Shown here: piece by piece, positions 26,677 through 36,999 of the stretch | How the letters are laid out: each line of letters opens with the position of its first letter | Position numbering within the stretch: the stretch's first letter is position 1 | Assembly (NCBI GenBank): GCA_029979265.1 | Contig: JAPOHW010000006.1 | Location: 80,221-144,220 of the forward strand | Length of the DNA stretch: 64,000 bases | Direction of reading: 5' to 3' | Origin: Actinomycetota bacterium | Lineage (GTDB): Bacteria; Actinomycetota; Acidimicrobiia; Acidimicrobiales; Aldehydirespiratoraceae | Notes under the pieces: generated by a model | Told to the model about the DNA's origin: nothing | The model's database searches: none | The model's input: only the letters and a program-made list of their open reading frames with translations | Program-made: the position numbers and the translations under genes

Positions 26677-28044
26677 ATGCGCCGTCGTCTTGCCATCGCC
26701 ATCGTGGGTCTGGTGGTCGCCGCGCTCTTCCTTGCCGGGATCGGAACGATCGTGCTGACCAACGTCACCAGTCGAGCCGATGCCGAACAGGATCTGCGGG
26801 AGCAGGTGGAGGCGATCGGCGGGCTGCTGGACGAGTTGACGCTCGTCCGCACCGCTCGGGACAACGAAGCGACGCTGCGAGAGCGGCTTCGGAACATAGC
26901 CGCATCGATCTCGGTCGATGGGATCGGCCTCTTGGTTCTCCCCCGAAACGGTGATCCGATCGGTGAACTCCCCGAGGGCCTGACAGTGGAGGATCTCGAT
27001 CTGACATCGCTCCGGATCGGCGAGACGATCAGCAATCGCGAGGGCGAGTTGATCTGGGCGGCTCGAAGCAGCGAAACCCGCCAGGGGATTCCGGGGCTCC
27101 TGGTGATGACCACCGACGCAGACCCGACCCTGCCTCCGGCGTTTCGCTGGTTCCTCGTCGCATCGGCGGCAACCATCGGCATTGCATTTGTGGTGACCGT
27201 CCGCCTTTCCCGCCGCCTGACCGAACCCATTCGTCAAGCCCGCGATGTCACCGGACGTCTTGCCAACGGGGAGTTGACCGCCCGTGTACCAGTCGAGGCT
27301 GCCGACAGCGGCGACGAGGTCGGAGAACTCACGGCATCGATCAATCAGATGGCGGAAAGTCTGCAACGAGCCAATGCCCTCGAACGCCAATTCCTGATGT
27401 CGGTCAGTCACGATCTCCGCACACCCTTGACATCGATCAAGGGCTACGCAGAGGCACTGACCGACGGTGCGGTCGACCAACCCGAACGAGTGGGCGAGAT
27501 CATCGAGCAGGAGGCGAACCGTCTGGAACGGCTCGTGGGTGATCTGCTGCTGCTCGCCCGGCTCGAGAGTACGGAATTTCCGCTACACCACTCCAGCATG
27601 GACCCGCGATCGACCATCAGCTCGGTCATCGACGGCCTCCAACCCGATGCGTCGGACCGCGGGATCGAGCTCCTCTCTCGCTTCCCCGACCACGAGGTGA
27701 CCATCGATGTGGACCCCGATCGATTTGCGCAGATCGTTGCCAACCTCGCCAGCAATGCACTCCGTTACGCGTCTCGCACAGTGTCGCTTACCCTCTGGAC
27801 CGGCGCGGGTAGCGTCCACTTCGCCATCGGCGATGACGGACCGGGAATCGACGACGACGATCTGCCCCACGTCTTCGAACGGCTGTACACCGCAGCTGCG
27901 AATCCGGCGATCAAGGAGTCGGGGTCCGGACTCGGACTGGCGATCGTGCGGGATCTGACCGAGCGAATGGGAGGCTCGGTGACCGCTCGACGCTCCGCCA
28001 TGGGTGGTGCCGAGTTCGTGGTCAGCTTTCAGCAGGCGCGCTGA
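26677..28044 (+). CDS. Sensor histidine kinase (TM-HAMP-HisKA-HATPase)
   Basis: ATG 26677 lies 1 nt after the regulator stop. It has an N-terminal TM helix, a HAMP-like region, the H-box SHDLRTPLTSI, the N box ALRYA, the G1 box DDGPGI and the G2 box GSGLGLAIV. Confidence 0.85.
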   Translation: MRRRLAIAIVGLVVAALFLAGIGTIVLTNVTSRADAEQDLREQVEAIGGLLDELTLVRTARDNEATLRERLRNIAASISVDGIGLLVLPRNGDPIGELPEGLTVEDLDLTSLRIGETISNREGELIWAARSSETRQGIPGLLVMTTDADPTLPPAFRWFLVASAATIGIAFVVTVRLSRRLTEPIRQARDVTGRLANGELTARVPVEAADSGDEVGELTASINQMAESLQRANALERQFLMSVSHDLRTPLTSIKGYAEALTDGAVDQPERVGEIIEQEANRLERLVGDLLLLARLESTEFPLHHSSMDPRSTISSVIDGLQPDASDRGIELLSRFPDHEVTIDVDPDRFAQIVANLASNALRYASRTVSLTLWTGAGSVHFAIGDDGPGIDDDDLPHVFERLYTAAANPAIKESGSGLGLAIVRDLTERMGGSVTARRSAMGGAEFVVSFQQAR

Positions 28045-28717
28045 CGATCGCCGGGACGCCACCGATCGACACCGTGTCTCCAATCTCGACCTTGCGCATC
28101 AGTGGCGCGAGCGCCACCAGGCCTGCTGCTGACGTCACCCGCCCGACATCCTCACCGTCGGCGGCGACCACCGCTCCCACCTCGAGTGGCGCTTGCGCAA
28201 CCAAGACGCGCACCGGACGCGGCACATTCCCACCGCGACTGTCGATGCGGGCCACGAGTTCCTGGCCCGTGTAGCAGCCCTTCGTGAAGCTGACGCTGAC
28301 ATCGATGAGGCGCTGACCACCCTCCCCTGGGATCGTATCGCCGGTGAGCTCGGCACCCAGCCGCGGCATGCCGGCACGGATCCGCTGCTCTTCGTCGGAC
28401 GGGTCGTCGGCACCGGGCCACACGACAGGAACAGGAATCGCTGTGTCGACGAATTCGATCGCGGCATCGGTGCGAAGCTTGAATCGCTCGAGCCGGGCGA
28501 CCAGACCATCGGCGTGGCCGGCATCGGTGTCGAGCAAGAAGTCGGTGGCATCGAGCCGGTGGATCCGGAACCACGACGCAACCTTGCCGTTGGGTTCGAG
28601 GATGAGCGACCATGCCGTGTCACCCGGAGCGAGCGAGTCGACGTCCTGGGAAATCTGCCCCTGGAGATACCTGGCTGCGTCGGGGCCGTGGACTCGCACG
28701 GTGTCGCGCACGGTCAT
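28022..28717 (-). CDS. ygfZ: YgfZ/GcvT-family folate-binding protein
   Basis: It has the signature FTKGCYTGQELVARIDSRG (K-G-C-Y-x-G-Q-E). ATG 28717 overlaps the trpE stop (ATGA). It is rather short (231 aa) for the family. Confidence 0.7.
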   Translation of the reverse strand: MTVRDTVRVHGPDAARYLQGQISQDVDSLAPGDTAWSLILEPNGKVASWFRIHRLDATDFLLDTDAGHADGLVARLERFKLRTDAAIEFVDTAIPVPVVWPGADDPSDEEQRIRAGMPRLGAELTGDTIPGEGGQRLIDVSVSFTKGCYTGQELVARIDSRGGNVPRPVRVLVAQAPLEVGAVVAADGEDVGRVTSAAGLVALAPLMRKVEIGDTVSIGGVPAIVSAPAES

Positions 28718-30222
28718 CGCAGCACTCCCCGTCGGGCGGCGGTCATCTTGCGCGCCGCAGGGATCGCAGCCAACAGGGCCTTGGACTTGTTCTGACACTC
28801 GAGATGCTCGTCCTCGGGCACCGAGTCGGCGACAACGCCGGCCCCGGCCTGAACCGATCCTCGGTTGCCACTGATGAGCATCGTTCGGATCGTGATGGCC
28901 GTGTCGATGTTCCCGGAGAAGTCGAGATACCCGACAACGCCACCGTAGGGCCCCCGCTTCACCGGCTCGAGTTCGTCGATGATTTCCATGGCCCGCACCT
29001 TCGGCGCCCCCGACAGCGTCCCGGCGGGCAACGTGGCTCGCAGCACGTCGATCGCCGTCTTGCCCGACCGCAACTCGCCGGACACCTGTGAGGTGAGGTG
29101 CATGACGTGGCTGTACTTCTCGAGCGTCATCATCTCGTCGATCTGAAGAGACCCGAATTCGACAACCCGACCGACGTCGTTGCGAGCAAGGTCGACGAGC
29201 ATCACGTGCTCGGCAATCTCTTTGGGGTGCTCGACGAGCTCGGCTGCCAGCTTTCGATCTTGCTCCTCGGTCGCTCCGCGCTTTCGGGTGCCGGCGATCG
29301 GCCGGCTGATCACCCGACTCCCGAGCAACTGGACCATCGGCTCCGGTGATCCGCCGACCACCTCGAGATCGGCATGCCGCAGGAAGTACATGTACGGGCT
29401 TGGATTCACCTGTCGCAGGACCCGATACACATCGAAGGCGTCTGCATCGACGTCGAGATCGAAGCGTTGCGACAGCACCACCTGGAAGATGTCACCAGCC
29501 AAGATGTAGTCGCGTGCCGCTTCCACTGCGTCGCAGTAGTCCCGCTCGCCCATGGTCGATGTCACCTCGGGAAGGGGATCATCGAGCCCGGGGAGCGCCA
29601 TGAGCGGTTCGTCCAGTGGCTTCGCACCATCAGCCGCAATACGACCGATGCGGTCAACGGCATCGTCGTAGGCGGCCTCGAGGTCTGTGTCATCGGTGAC
29701 GAAGACGTTGGCGATCAGGGTGACGCGCTGCTTCCAATGGTCGTAGACGGCAAGTTCACCGATCATGGAGACGACAGCGTCAGGGTGACCAAGATCGTCG
29801 TCAGGAACCTCGGGCAGATGCTCGACCTCTCGCACGACGTCGTAGCCCAGATAACCCACCAACCCTCCGTGCAGCGGTGGAAGGCCCTCGAGTTCCGGCG
29901 AGCGATAGTGATCGAGCAGGCATTCCAGGGTGTGCAACATGCCTTGGTCGGTTGGCAGTTCGATACCCACCTCTCCGTGGATCTCGAGCTTGCCGTCTTT
30001 GGAGACGATCGTGGCCTGCGGATTACGACCGATGAACGACCATCGACTCCAGGTGTCGCCATTCTCGACCGACTCGAGCAGGAAGCCTTCGCCATCTCCG
30101 ACCACCCGAGCGAAGGCGGCAACCGGCGTCGTGAGATCTGCCAGCACTTCGGACCACACCGGCACGACGCGATGGTCGGCTGCCAGGGCCTTGAACTCGT
30201 CCGGTGTCGGGCGGATCTGCAT
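28714..30222 (-). CDS. trpE: Anthranilate synthase component I
   Basis: 502 aa. It has the typical N-terminus (VVPVWSEVLADLTTPVAAF) and the chorismate-binding C-terminus (SPSPYMYF, GTRKRG, GAPKVRAMEII, GPYGGVVGY). Confidence 0.95.
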   Translation of the reverse strand: MQIRPTPDEFKALAADHRVVPVWSEVLADLTTPVAAFARVVGDGEGFLLESVENGDTWSRWSFIGRNPQATIVSKDGKLEIHGEVGIELPTDQGMLHTLECLLDHYRSPELEGLPPLHGGLVGYLGYDVVREVEHLPEVPDDDLGHPDAVVSMIGELAVYDHWKQRVTLIANVFVTDDTDLEAAYDDAVDRIGRIAADGAKPLDEPLMALPGLDDPLPEVTSTMGERDYCDAVEAARDYILAGDIFQVVLSQRFDLDVDADAFDVYRVLRQVNPSPYMYFLRHADLEVVGGSPEPMVQLLGSRVISRPIAGTRKRGATEEQDRKLAAELVEHPKEIAEHVMLVDLARNDVGRVVEFGSLQIDEMMTLEKYSHVMHLTSQVSGELRSGKTAIDVLRATLPAGTLSGAPKVRAMEIIDELEPVKRGPYGGVVGYLDFSGNIDTAITIRTMLISGNRGSVQAGAGVVADSVPEDEHLECQNKSKALLAAIPAARKMTAARRGVLR

Positions 30223-30225
30223 CGA

Positions 30226-30639
30226 TCAGGCGAAGCGAAGGGTCTCGGGGTCGTCGACGGAGCGGTAGTAGCACGTCTGGCGCGTCGTCCCGTCTGCATT
30301 CCTGGTGTGGCAGACACCGGCACCGGCCTTGCGAACCTTGTAGAGCAGACTGTTCTGCTCACAGTTCACCGCCACCTCGACGAGATCGAGCACGTCGCCC
30401 GATGTGGCGCCCTTGTGCCAGAGTTCCTCCCGAGACGTGCTGTAGAGCACCGCCGAACCACGCGCGAGGGTCTGACGGTAGGCCTCTTCGTTGGCGTACC
30501 CGATGAAGAGCACGTCCCCCGAATCGGCATCCTGCAGGACGACCGGGACGACCTGGTGCCCGGCCCGACCGATCGTTGCGACCTTGTCGAAATCGAGCTG
30601 CACCGTCAGTCCTTCTTCGAGCGCGTTCACATCGGACAT
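30226..30639 (-). CDS. hisI: Phosphoribosyl-AMP cyclohydrolase
   Basis: VVPVVLQDADSGDVLFIGYANEEA...LWHKGATSGDVLDLVEVAVNCEQNSLLYKV fits HisI. It ends 3 nt before the trpE start. Confidence 0.9.
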   Translation of the reverse strand: MSDVNALEEGLTVQLDFDKVATIGRAGHQVVPVVLQDADSGDVLFIGYANEEAYRQTLARGSAVLYSTSREELWHKGATSGDVLDLVEVAVNCEQNSLLYKVRKAGAGVCHTRNADGTTRQTCYYRSVDDPETLRFA

Positions 30640-30690
30640 GGTGTGCAGCGTATTGGGTTCGGTTCACAGCCAGTGCCTAGATTCGCCCCG

Positions 30691-32127
30691 ATGCACGAAG
30701 AACTCGCCCGCCTCGACGCCGTCGCACTCGCCACCGCCGTGCGCCAAGGCGAGGTCACACCGGCCGAGGTGCTCGAATCGACGATCGAGCGTCTCGATCT
30801 GATCGATGGGAAGATCAACGCTGTCATCCATCGCCACGATGCCGAGGCGCGTGCAGAGGTGCAGACAGGGTTGCCGAGCGGACCCTTCACCGGGGTACCG
30901 ATGCTCATGAAGGACCTCTGGGCCTGCGAGGCAGGTCGGCCTCACCATCAGGGAGTTCAGGCTCTCAAGGACCGCGGAACGCTGGCCACTCGCGATTCCT
31001 ACCTCGTGGAGGCATACCGGGCCGCAGGCTTCATCTCGCTCGGTCGAACCAACACGCCCGAACTCGGTGCCGGCGCAACAACCGAGCCTCTCGCCTACGG
31101 CCCCAGCCGAAATCCCTGGAACCTCGACCACGGTACGGGAGGTTCGTCGGGTGGCGCAGCAGCGGCCGTTGCGGCAGGGGTGCTCCCTGCTGCGAACGCA
31201 AGCGACGGAGGTGGCTCCATCCGGATCCCTGCTGCGCTGTGTGGCCTGGTCGGGCTCAAGCCGAGCAGAGGTCGTATCTCGATGGGCCCACAACTCGACG
31301 AGTCGGGCAACAGTGTCCAGCACGTGGTGTCGCACAGCGTCCGCGACAGCGCCGCCATCCTCGATGCCACGATGGGCGCACGGGCCGGGGACAGCGTCAT
31401 CGCTCCCCCACCACGAGCGCCGTACCGGCTACTGGCGACTCACGAGGTCAGATCGCTCCGGATCGGTTTCCTCGACCATGCGATACGAAGCAACACCGAG
31501 ATCGACCCAGAGGTCGCCGAGGCCGTTCGATCCACCGCTCGACGACTCGAGTCGCTCGGTCACACCGTCGAACGGAGCGCTCCGGCGCCCTTGCTGGAGG
31601 AGTCCCGTATCACCGCATGGGGCCCTGCCCTTGCTGCCGGTACTGCGGCCAGTGTTGCCGCCATCGAACGAGAGATCGGACGACCCATCGATGCAGGCGA
31701 CGTCGAACCGTGGACCCGTTTCATTGCGCAGCGGGCCGCGGCCATCAGCCCGGTGGCGGTGATTGCGGCACAACGAGCGATGATGACCTTTCGCCGTGAC
31801 ACCGCCCAGTGGTGGGCTGATGGTTTCGACATCCTGTTGACGCCAACCTGCCTTCGGCCTGCGCCCCGGCTGGGCGAGATGGCACCGGACTGCGACGACC
31901 TCCTGGCTGTGCAGAACACGACGCTGCACTACAGCCAACTCACACAGCCGTTCAACATCACCGGGCAGCCTGCGCTCTCACTCCCGCTGAGCCGATCGTC
32001 GCACGGACTCCCGATCGGCATGCAGTTCGTCGGCGCCTACGGCCGTGAGGACCTCCTCCTGCAGCTGGCGACGCAACTCGAGGCCGAGTACCGGTGGGCT
32101 GACCACCGAGCCCCGCTCCATCCCTGA
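30691..32127 (+). CDS. Amidase (amidase-signature family)
   Basis: I start it at ATG 30691, inside a longer artefactual ORF. The AS signature is GTGGSSGGAAAAVAAG...SDGGGSIRIPAALCGLVGLKPSRGR. Confidence 0.85.
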   Translation: MHEELARLDAVALATAVRQGEVTPAEVLESTIERLDLIDGKINAVIHRHDAEARAEVQTGLPSGPFTGVPMLMKDLWACEAGRPHHQGVQALKDRGTLATRDSYLVEAYRAAGFISLGRTNTPELGAGATTEPLAYGPSRNPWNLDHGTGGSSGGAAAAVAAGVLPAANASDGGGSIRIPAALCGLVGLKPSRGRISMGPQLDESGNSVQHVVSHSVRDSAAILDATMGARAGDSVIAPPPRAPYRLLATHEVRSLRIGFLDHAIRSNTEIDPEVAEAVRSTARRLESLGHTVERSAPAPLLEESRITAWGPALAAGTAASVAAIEREIGRPIDAGDVEPWTRFIAQRAAAISPVAVIAAQRAMMTFRRDTAQWWADGFDILLTPTCLRPAPRLGEMAPDCDDLLAVQNTTLHYSQLTQPFNITGQPALSLPLSRSSHGLPIGMQFVGAYGREDLLLQLATQLEAEYRWADHRAPLHP

Positions 32128-32211
32128 GTCGCTCTCGGCACACCACGATCCGGCCGAGGCGAGTGTCCGGGCGCGCTGGACAGCCCTGACGGGATCAGCG
32201 CGACAGCCGAG

Positions 32212-32508
32212 TCAGAGGTAGAGGCCGGTCGAGCCCTCGTCGAGGCGCTCCGCTGCGACTGCATGAATGTCGCGCTCGCGCAGCACGATGTAGTCGGTTC
32301 CGTGCACCTCGACCTCGTAGCGGTCCTCAGGGTTGAACAACACCTGATCACCAGCTTCGATGTTCCGAACGTTCGGGCCGACTGCGACGATCCCGGCCCA
32401 GGTGAGGCGCTTGCCGACCTGGGCAGTGGCCGGGATCAGGATGCCACCGCTGCTGCGACGCTCCCCGTCGGCCTCCCCCAGCTTGACGAGAATTCGGTCG
32501 TTGAGCAT
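32212..32508 (-). CDS. GroES/Cpn10-family small protein (divergent paralog, no adjacent groEL)
   Basis: MLNDRILVKLGEADGERRSSGGILIPATAQ...GIVAVGPN...GDQVLF...YIVLRERDIHAV follows the GroES fold pattern. I start it at ATG 32508. Confidence 0.65.
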   Translation of the reverse strand: MLNDRILVKLGEADGERRSSGGILIPATAQVGKRLTWAGIVAVGPNVRNIEAGDQVLFNPEDRYEVEVHGTDYIVLRERDIHAVAAERLDEGSTGLYL

Positions 32509-32589
32509 CTTGACCGGGAGGCGGTCGTCATCGTGGAGCGGTTGTTTCTCGGCGGTCACGGAGCACAACGCTACCGCTACCGTGCCCAC

Positions 32590-33198
32590 ATGGAACCTGA
32601 GCACGAGTCGGTCCGGATACGAGTCGATGACCGGGTGACACTCGCTGCCGATGTCGTGACACCAACCGTCCCGGTCGGAACATTCGTGGTGTGTCACCCG
32701 CACCCCCTATTCGGAGGGTCACGCCACGATCCGGTCGTCACTGCCATGCTCGAAGGATCGGTTGCCGCCGGTTGGCAGACGGTCCGCTTCGACTTCCGTG
32801 GGGCCGGTGACTCCACTGGCGAACATGGCGGCGGCAACCCCGAACGAGCCGATGTGGTCGCCGTGCTCGATTCGGTGGACGCCACCGACCGGGTGGTGCT
32901 CGGCGGCTACAGCTTCGGCGCCGACGTGGCCCTCGCGATCGATGATCAGCGAATCGAGCGCTGGATCTGCTCGGCGCCGGTCCTGACCATTTTCGAACAC
33001 TTCGTCGCCGCACACGATCCTCGGCCCACCCACCTCCTCGCCGGGAGCGACGACCACCTTCGGCCCGCGTCGGCACTTCGTGCCGAAACCGCGACCTGGC
33101 ACTCGGTCGACATCACCGAGATCGCCGGCGCCGACCACTTCTTCACCCGATCCCACACCGCCGTCACAGCCCGGGTGACCGAAATCCTCGCCGACTAA
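32590..33198 (+). CDS. Alpha/beta-hydrolase-fold protein
   Basis: I start it at ATG 32590. It has [19 protein letters not shown] and the nucleophile-elbow-like GGYSFGA. The 3' end overlaps the hisF stop by 4 nt. Confidence 0.6.
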   Translation: MEPEHESVRIRVDDRVTLAADVVTPTVPVGTFVVCHPHPLFGGSRHDPVVTAMLEGSVAAGWQTVRFDFRGAGDSTGEHGGGNPERADVVAVLDSVDATDRVVLGGYSFGADVALAIDDQRIERWICSAPVLTIFEHFVAAHDPRPTHLLAGSDDHLRPASALRAETATWHSVDITEIAGADHFFTRSHTAVTARVTEILAD

Positions 33199-33974
33199 CT
33201 CCCTGGCGGGCGGACCGTCACGCCCGCATCGTGCAGTGCACGCTTTGCGTCGACAACGGTGTGCTCCCCGAAGTGGAAGATGCTGGCAGCCAACACAGCA
33301 TCAGCTCCACCGTCGAGAACACCCTCGACGAGATGCGCAAGGCGACCGACGCCACCACTGGCGATGACCGGCACCTCGACAGCACCGGTGATGGCCGACG
33401 TCAGTGGTATGTCGAAGCCGTCCTTGGTGCCGTCGCGATTCATCGACGTCAGCAGAATTTCTCCCGCTCCCAAGCGCACCACTTCCCGCGCCCACTCGAC
33501 CGCATCGATGCCGGTCCGGGTTCGACCGCCATGGGTGAAGACCTCAAAGCCCGATGTCGTGTCGCCACTCGACCGTGCGTCGACCGCGACCACACAACAC
33601 TGCGCGCCGAACTCCCGGGAGATTTCCCTGATCAATTCGGGGCGCTTGACTGCAGCGGTGTTGATCGACACCTTGTCGGCTCCGGCCATCAGCAACTGTC
33701 GGGCATCGTCGACGGTGCGGACCCCGCCGCCGATCGTGAACGGGATGAACACCTGCTCAGCGACCGCACGCGCCATCTCGACCGTCGTCTTGCGTTGGCC
33801 CGACGACGCCGTGATGTCGAGGAACACGAGTTCATCGGCGCCCTGTTCGTCATAACGAGCGGCCAGTTCCACCGGATCGCCGGCATCTCGGATTCCGACG
33901 AAATTGACTCCCTTCACCACACGCCCACCGTCGACGTCAAGGCACGGGATCACCCGAACGGCACGAACGGTCAC
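33195..33974 (-). CDS. hisF: Imidazole glycerol phosphate synthase, cyclase subunit
   Basis: RVIPCLDV...VKGVNF...GDP...[13 protein letters not shown]...TIGGGVR...[10 protein letters not shown]...[15 protein letters not shown] fits HisF. Confidence 0.95.
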   Translation of the reverse strand: MTVRAVRVIPCLDVDGGRVVKGVNFVGIRDAGDPVELAARYDEQGADELVFLDITASSGQRKTTVEMARAVAEQVFIPFTIGGGVRTVDDARQLLMAGADKVSINTAAVKRPELIREISREFGAQCCVVAVDARSSGDTTSGFEVFTHGGRTRTGIDAVEWAREVVRLGAGEILLTSMNRDGTKDGFDIPLTSAITGAVEVPVIASGGVGRLAHLVEGVLDGGADAVLAASIFHFGEHTVVDAKRALHDAGVTVRPPGS

Positions 33975-34702
33975 ACCTGCCCCCGGAGCGCTGCGACGCC
34001 CTCTGCGACGGTGAAGCGGCCCTCGTACACCGCTTTCCCGACGATCGCTCCGGTGAGCCGCCGCCCGGAGACGTCGAGTGCCGCCAACGCGCTGAGGTCC
34101 TCGAGGGACCCCACGCCGCCACTTGCAACCACCTCGACAGGCGTTGCGTCCACGACCTGTCGCAAGCCTTCGAGATCAGGGCCTTGCAGTGTTCCGTCAC
34201 GGCTGATGTCGGTGACGACGAAGGCATCGACACCGACGTCGGCGAACGAACGGGCAACGTCGAGGACGCTGCGACCGGACCCCACGAGCCAACCATCGGT
34301 TGCAAGTTCACCGGACTTTGCATCGAGCCCAACCGCAACACGGTGATCACGGGCCAGAACACCGACGAATGCCGGATCGGAAAGTGCCGCTGTGCCGACG
34401 ACGACTCGCTCGACACCCGAACTGAAGAGCGCTTCGGCGGCGGTGAGGTCGCGCACTCCCCCGCCGGCCTGCACCGGCACGTCGACGGCATCGGCGATCG
34501 CAGCGACGACGGCACGATTCACGGGCACACCCGTCCGGGCTGCGTCGAGGTCGACCACATGGATCCAGCCGGCACCCGCCTTCGCGAACGCCACGGCCTG
34601 CGCGACCGGGTCATCTCCGTACACGGTCTCCTGGCCGTAGTCGCCCTGATGGAGTCGCACGCAGCGGCCGGCCCGCACATCGATGGCAGGAAACAGCAGC
34701 AT
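33971..34702 (-). CDS. hisA: ProFAR isomerase (HisA; a PriA-type dual role is not assessable from sequence alone)
   Basis: [22 protein letters not shown]...VVDLDAA...VQAGGGVR...[13 protein letters not shown] fits HisA. ATG 34702 overlaps the hisH stop by 1 nt (TGATG). Confidence 0.9.
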   Translation of the reverse strand: MLLFPAIDVRAGRCVRLHQGDYGQETVYGDDPVAQAVAFAKAGAGWIHVVDLDAARTGVPVNRAVVAAIADAVDVPVQAGGGVRDLTAAEALFSSGVERVVVGTAALSDPAFVGVLARDHRVAVGLDAKSGELATDGWLVGSGRSVLDVARSFADVGVDAFVVTDISRDGTLQGPDLEGLRQVVDATPVEVVASGGVGSLEDLSALAALDVSGRRLTGAIVGKAVYEGRFTVAEGVAALRGQV

Positions 34703-35322
34703 CAGGCCGCTCCAGCGAGCGCGACGAAGTTCTCGAGAATGCGAATACCGGTGCGCCCGGATTTCTCCGGATGGAACTGACACGCCCAGACGTTGTCCCG
34801 ACCGACAGCGGCCACGAGGTCACCGCCGTAGGCGCAGGTGGCGAGCACATCGTCTCCTGGTTCGGCGCTGTAGGAGTGAACGAAGTAGACCCACGCCTCC
34901 TCCCCCAAGCCGGTGAACATCGGATGTTCGGCATCGCAATACCGGAGCATGTTCCACTGCATCTGTGGTCGCTTGACGCCACCAGGCAGCCGCACGATCC
35001 GACGGTCGAACACGCCGAGTCCGCTGTGACCATCGGCCTCCTCGGAGCCGTTGAAGAGCAGCTGCATACCGATACAGATCCCGAAGAACGGGACGCCGGA
35101 TGCAACCCGCTCAAGGGCGATCTGGTCGATCCCGCGCGTCCGCAGCGCGTCGACGCAGGGACCAAACGCTCCCACCCCTGGCAGGACCACGCCATCCGCC
35201 GCCTCGATGTCTCTTCGATCGGCCGTGAGACGAACCGTCGCACCGGCATGATCGAATCCCTTGAGCGCAGAGTGGAGGTTCCCGATCCCGTAGTCGAGGA
35301 TCGCAAGGCGAGGCCGGGTCAC
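34702..35322 (-). CDS. hisH: Imidazole glycerol phosphate synthase, glutamine amidotransferase subunit
   Basis: LAILDYGIGNLHS...LPGVGAFG...GICIGMQLL...FVHSY...QFHPEKS is the class I GATase triad context. Confidence 0.95.
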   Translation of the reverse strand: MTRPRLAILDYGIGNLHSALKGFDHAGATVRLTADRRDIEAADGVVLPGVGAFGPCVDALRTRGIDQIALERVASGVPFFGICIGMQLLFNGSEEADGHSGLGVFDRRIVRLPGGVKRPQMQWNMLRYCDAEHPMFTGLGEEAWVYFVHSYSAEPGDDVLATCAYGGDLVAAVGRDNVWACQFHPEKSGRTGIRILENFVALAGAA

Positions 35323-35323
35323 G

Positions 35324-35932
35324 TCAGAGCGTGCCTTTGGTGGATGGCATGGTGTCGGACTCGATTCGGACGGCGTCTCGTAGGGCCCGAGCGACCCCCT
35401 TGAACGTCGCCTCGACGATGTGGTGCGTGTTACGGCCCCGGTGCATCACGACGTGGAGCGTGATGCCCGATGCCATGACGAACGCACGCCAGAACTCCTC
35501 GACCAACTGGGGATCGAAGGGTGGGTCACCGAGGATCTTTTCTCCGGGGAATTCGACCGCGTAGTGGAGGTACGGGCGTCCCGAGAGATCGAGGACGATC
35601 TCGACGGCAGCTTCGTCGAGCGGCACGGTGTTCGACGCAAACCGGCGCACCCCCTTCTTGTCCCCCCACGCCGCACGGAAGGTTTCGCCGAGCGCAATCC
35701 CGACATCCTCGACGGTGTGATGCGCGTCGATCTCGAGATCACCTTGGGCATGGACCTTCAGATCGAAACCGCCATGACGGCCGAGTTGATCGAGCATGTG
35801 CCCGAAGAACGGCAGACCGGTCTCGATGTCGGTTGCGCCGGAACCGTCGAGGTCGAGCACGATCGCGATCGCAGTCTCTTTCGTGGTGCGTTCGCAGGTG
35901 GCAGTGCGCTGGGGGGCAGGGGCAGGACTCAC
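35324..35932 (-). CDS. hisB: Imidazoleglycerol-phosphate dehydratase
   Basis: RTTKETAI...DLDG...GLPFFGHMLDQL...DAHHTVEDVGIALG...RGRNTHHIVEATFKGVARAL fits HisB. Confidence 0.95.
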   Translation of the reverse strand: MSPAPAPQRTATCERTTKETAIAIVLDLDGSGATDIETGLPFFGHMLDQLGRHGGFDLKVHAQGDLEIDAHHTVEDVGIALGETFRAAWGDKKGVRRFASNTVPLDEAAVEIVLDLSGRPYLHYAVEFPGEKILGDPPFDPQLVEEFWRAFVMASGITLHVVMHRGRNTHHIVEATFKGVARALRDAVRIESDTMPSTKGTL

Positions 35933-36999
35933 GCAAGGACCTCCGTGAGAGCATCGAGCAGACGGTCATCTTCTTCTGGTGTCCCGATCGTGATCCGCAG
36001 GCATCCGTCGAGGCGGGGCCACGTCGAACAGTTGCGGACGAGAACGGAACGATCGACCAGACCTTGCCACACGGTGTTGCCGTCGTGATTCGCAGGGCGA
36101 ATCAGGACGAAGTTGGCTCCCGATGGCCAGACCTCGAGCGGCAGGTCTGCAAGTCGTTCGACGAGACGACCTCGCTCCTCCACCAGTCGTTCGACTCGGT
36201 CATGCATCGCATCGAGATAGTCGAGTGCAACGGTCCCGGCGATCTGGGTCATTGCGTCGAGGTGATAGGGAAGCACCACTTTGTCGAGTTCGCGCACAAC
36301 CCAGTCGGGGGCGAGGAGATAGCCGAGTCGAGCCGCCGCCATTGCCCATGTCTTCGAGTACGTACGGCTCACCACGAGCGGCGTGCCCTCGTCCAACAGT
36401 TCGACAGCCGAGAAATCGGAGAACTGGCCGTAGGCCTCGTCGACGCAGAGCAGGCCGCCACTGCCCTTCACCATCTCGAGCACCGCACGAATCGTGTCGG
36501 GCGTGTCGACAACACCAGTCGGGTTGTTGGGGGAACACAGGAAGACCACGTCGGGCTCGTGATCCGTCACGACCCGCTCGACCTCGGCCAGATCGATCGA
36601 GAAATCGTCAGCCCGCTCACCCTGGATCACGGTGGTGCCCGTCACCCGACTCAAATGGCTGTGCAGGGCATAGGTCGGCTCGAACACGGCGCTCACGCGA
36701 CCCGGGCCTGCGAATGTCAACAGCAGCGTCTGGAGCACCTCGTTGGAGCCGTTGGCGGCGAACACCTGTGCTTCAGACAGCCCGTAGGTCGCTCCGATAC
36801 GGGCACGGAGCTCGCTCGCCGCTCGTTCGGGATACCGGTGCCAGTCGATCGCCAGGACTCCCTCGGCGACCGCCTCGGCGAACCCGGCCGGAGGTGGCTC
36901 AGGACTTTCGTTGGTGTTCAGGCGCACGGCCACGTCGATCTGGGGCGAGTGGTAACCGGCCATCAACGCAATCGACGCTCGAGGTTGCGGACGAGTCAC
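35929..36999 (-). CDS. hisC: Histidinol-phosphate aminotransferase
   Basis: 356 aa. RLNTNESP, NGSNE, CSPNNPTG, VDEAY and SRTYSKTWAMAAARLGY (PLP lysine) are present. Confidence 0.9.
   Translation of the reverse strand: MTRPQPRASIALMAGYHSPQIDVAVRLNTNESPEPPPAGFAEAVAEGVLAIDWHRYPERAASELRARIGATYGLSEAQVFAANGSNEVLQTLLLTFAGPGRVSAVFEPTYALHSHLSRVTGTTVIQGERADDFSIDLAEVERVVTDHEPDVVFLCSPNNPTGVVDTPDTIRAVLEMVKGSGGLLCVDEAYGQFSDFSAVELLDEGTPLVVSRTYSKTWAMAAARLGYLLAPDWVVRELDKVVLPYHLDAMTQIAGTVALDYLDAMHDRVERLVEERGRLVERLADLPLEVWPSGANFVLIRPANHDGNTVWQGLVDRSVLVRNCSTWPRLDGCLRITIGTPEEDDRLLDALTEVLA

Noticed and set aside
29374-30690. N-terminal 439 codons of the 917-aa plus-strand ORF
   Set aside because: This part is antisense to trpE and hisI. 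The amidase domain only begins at ATG 30691, which also has a TAGATT hexamer 7 nt upstream.
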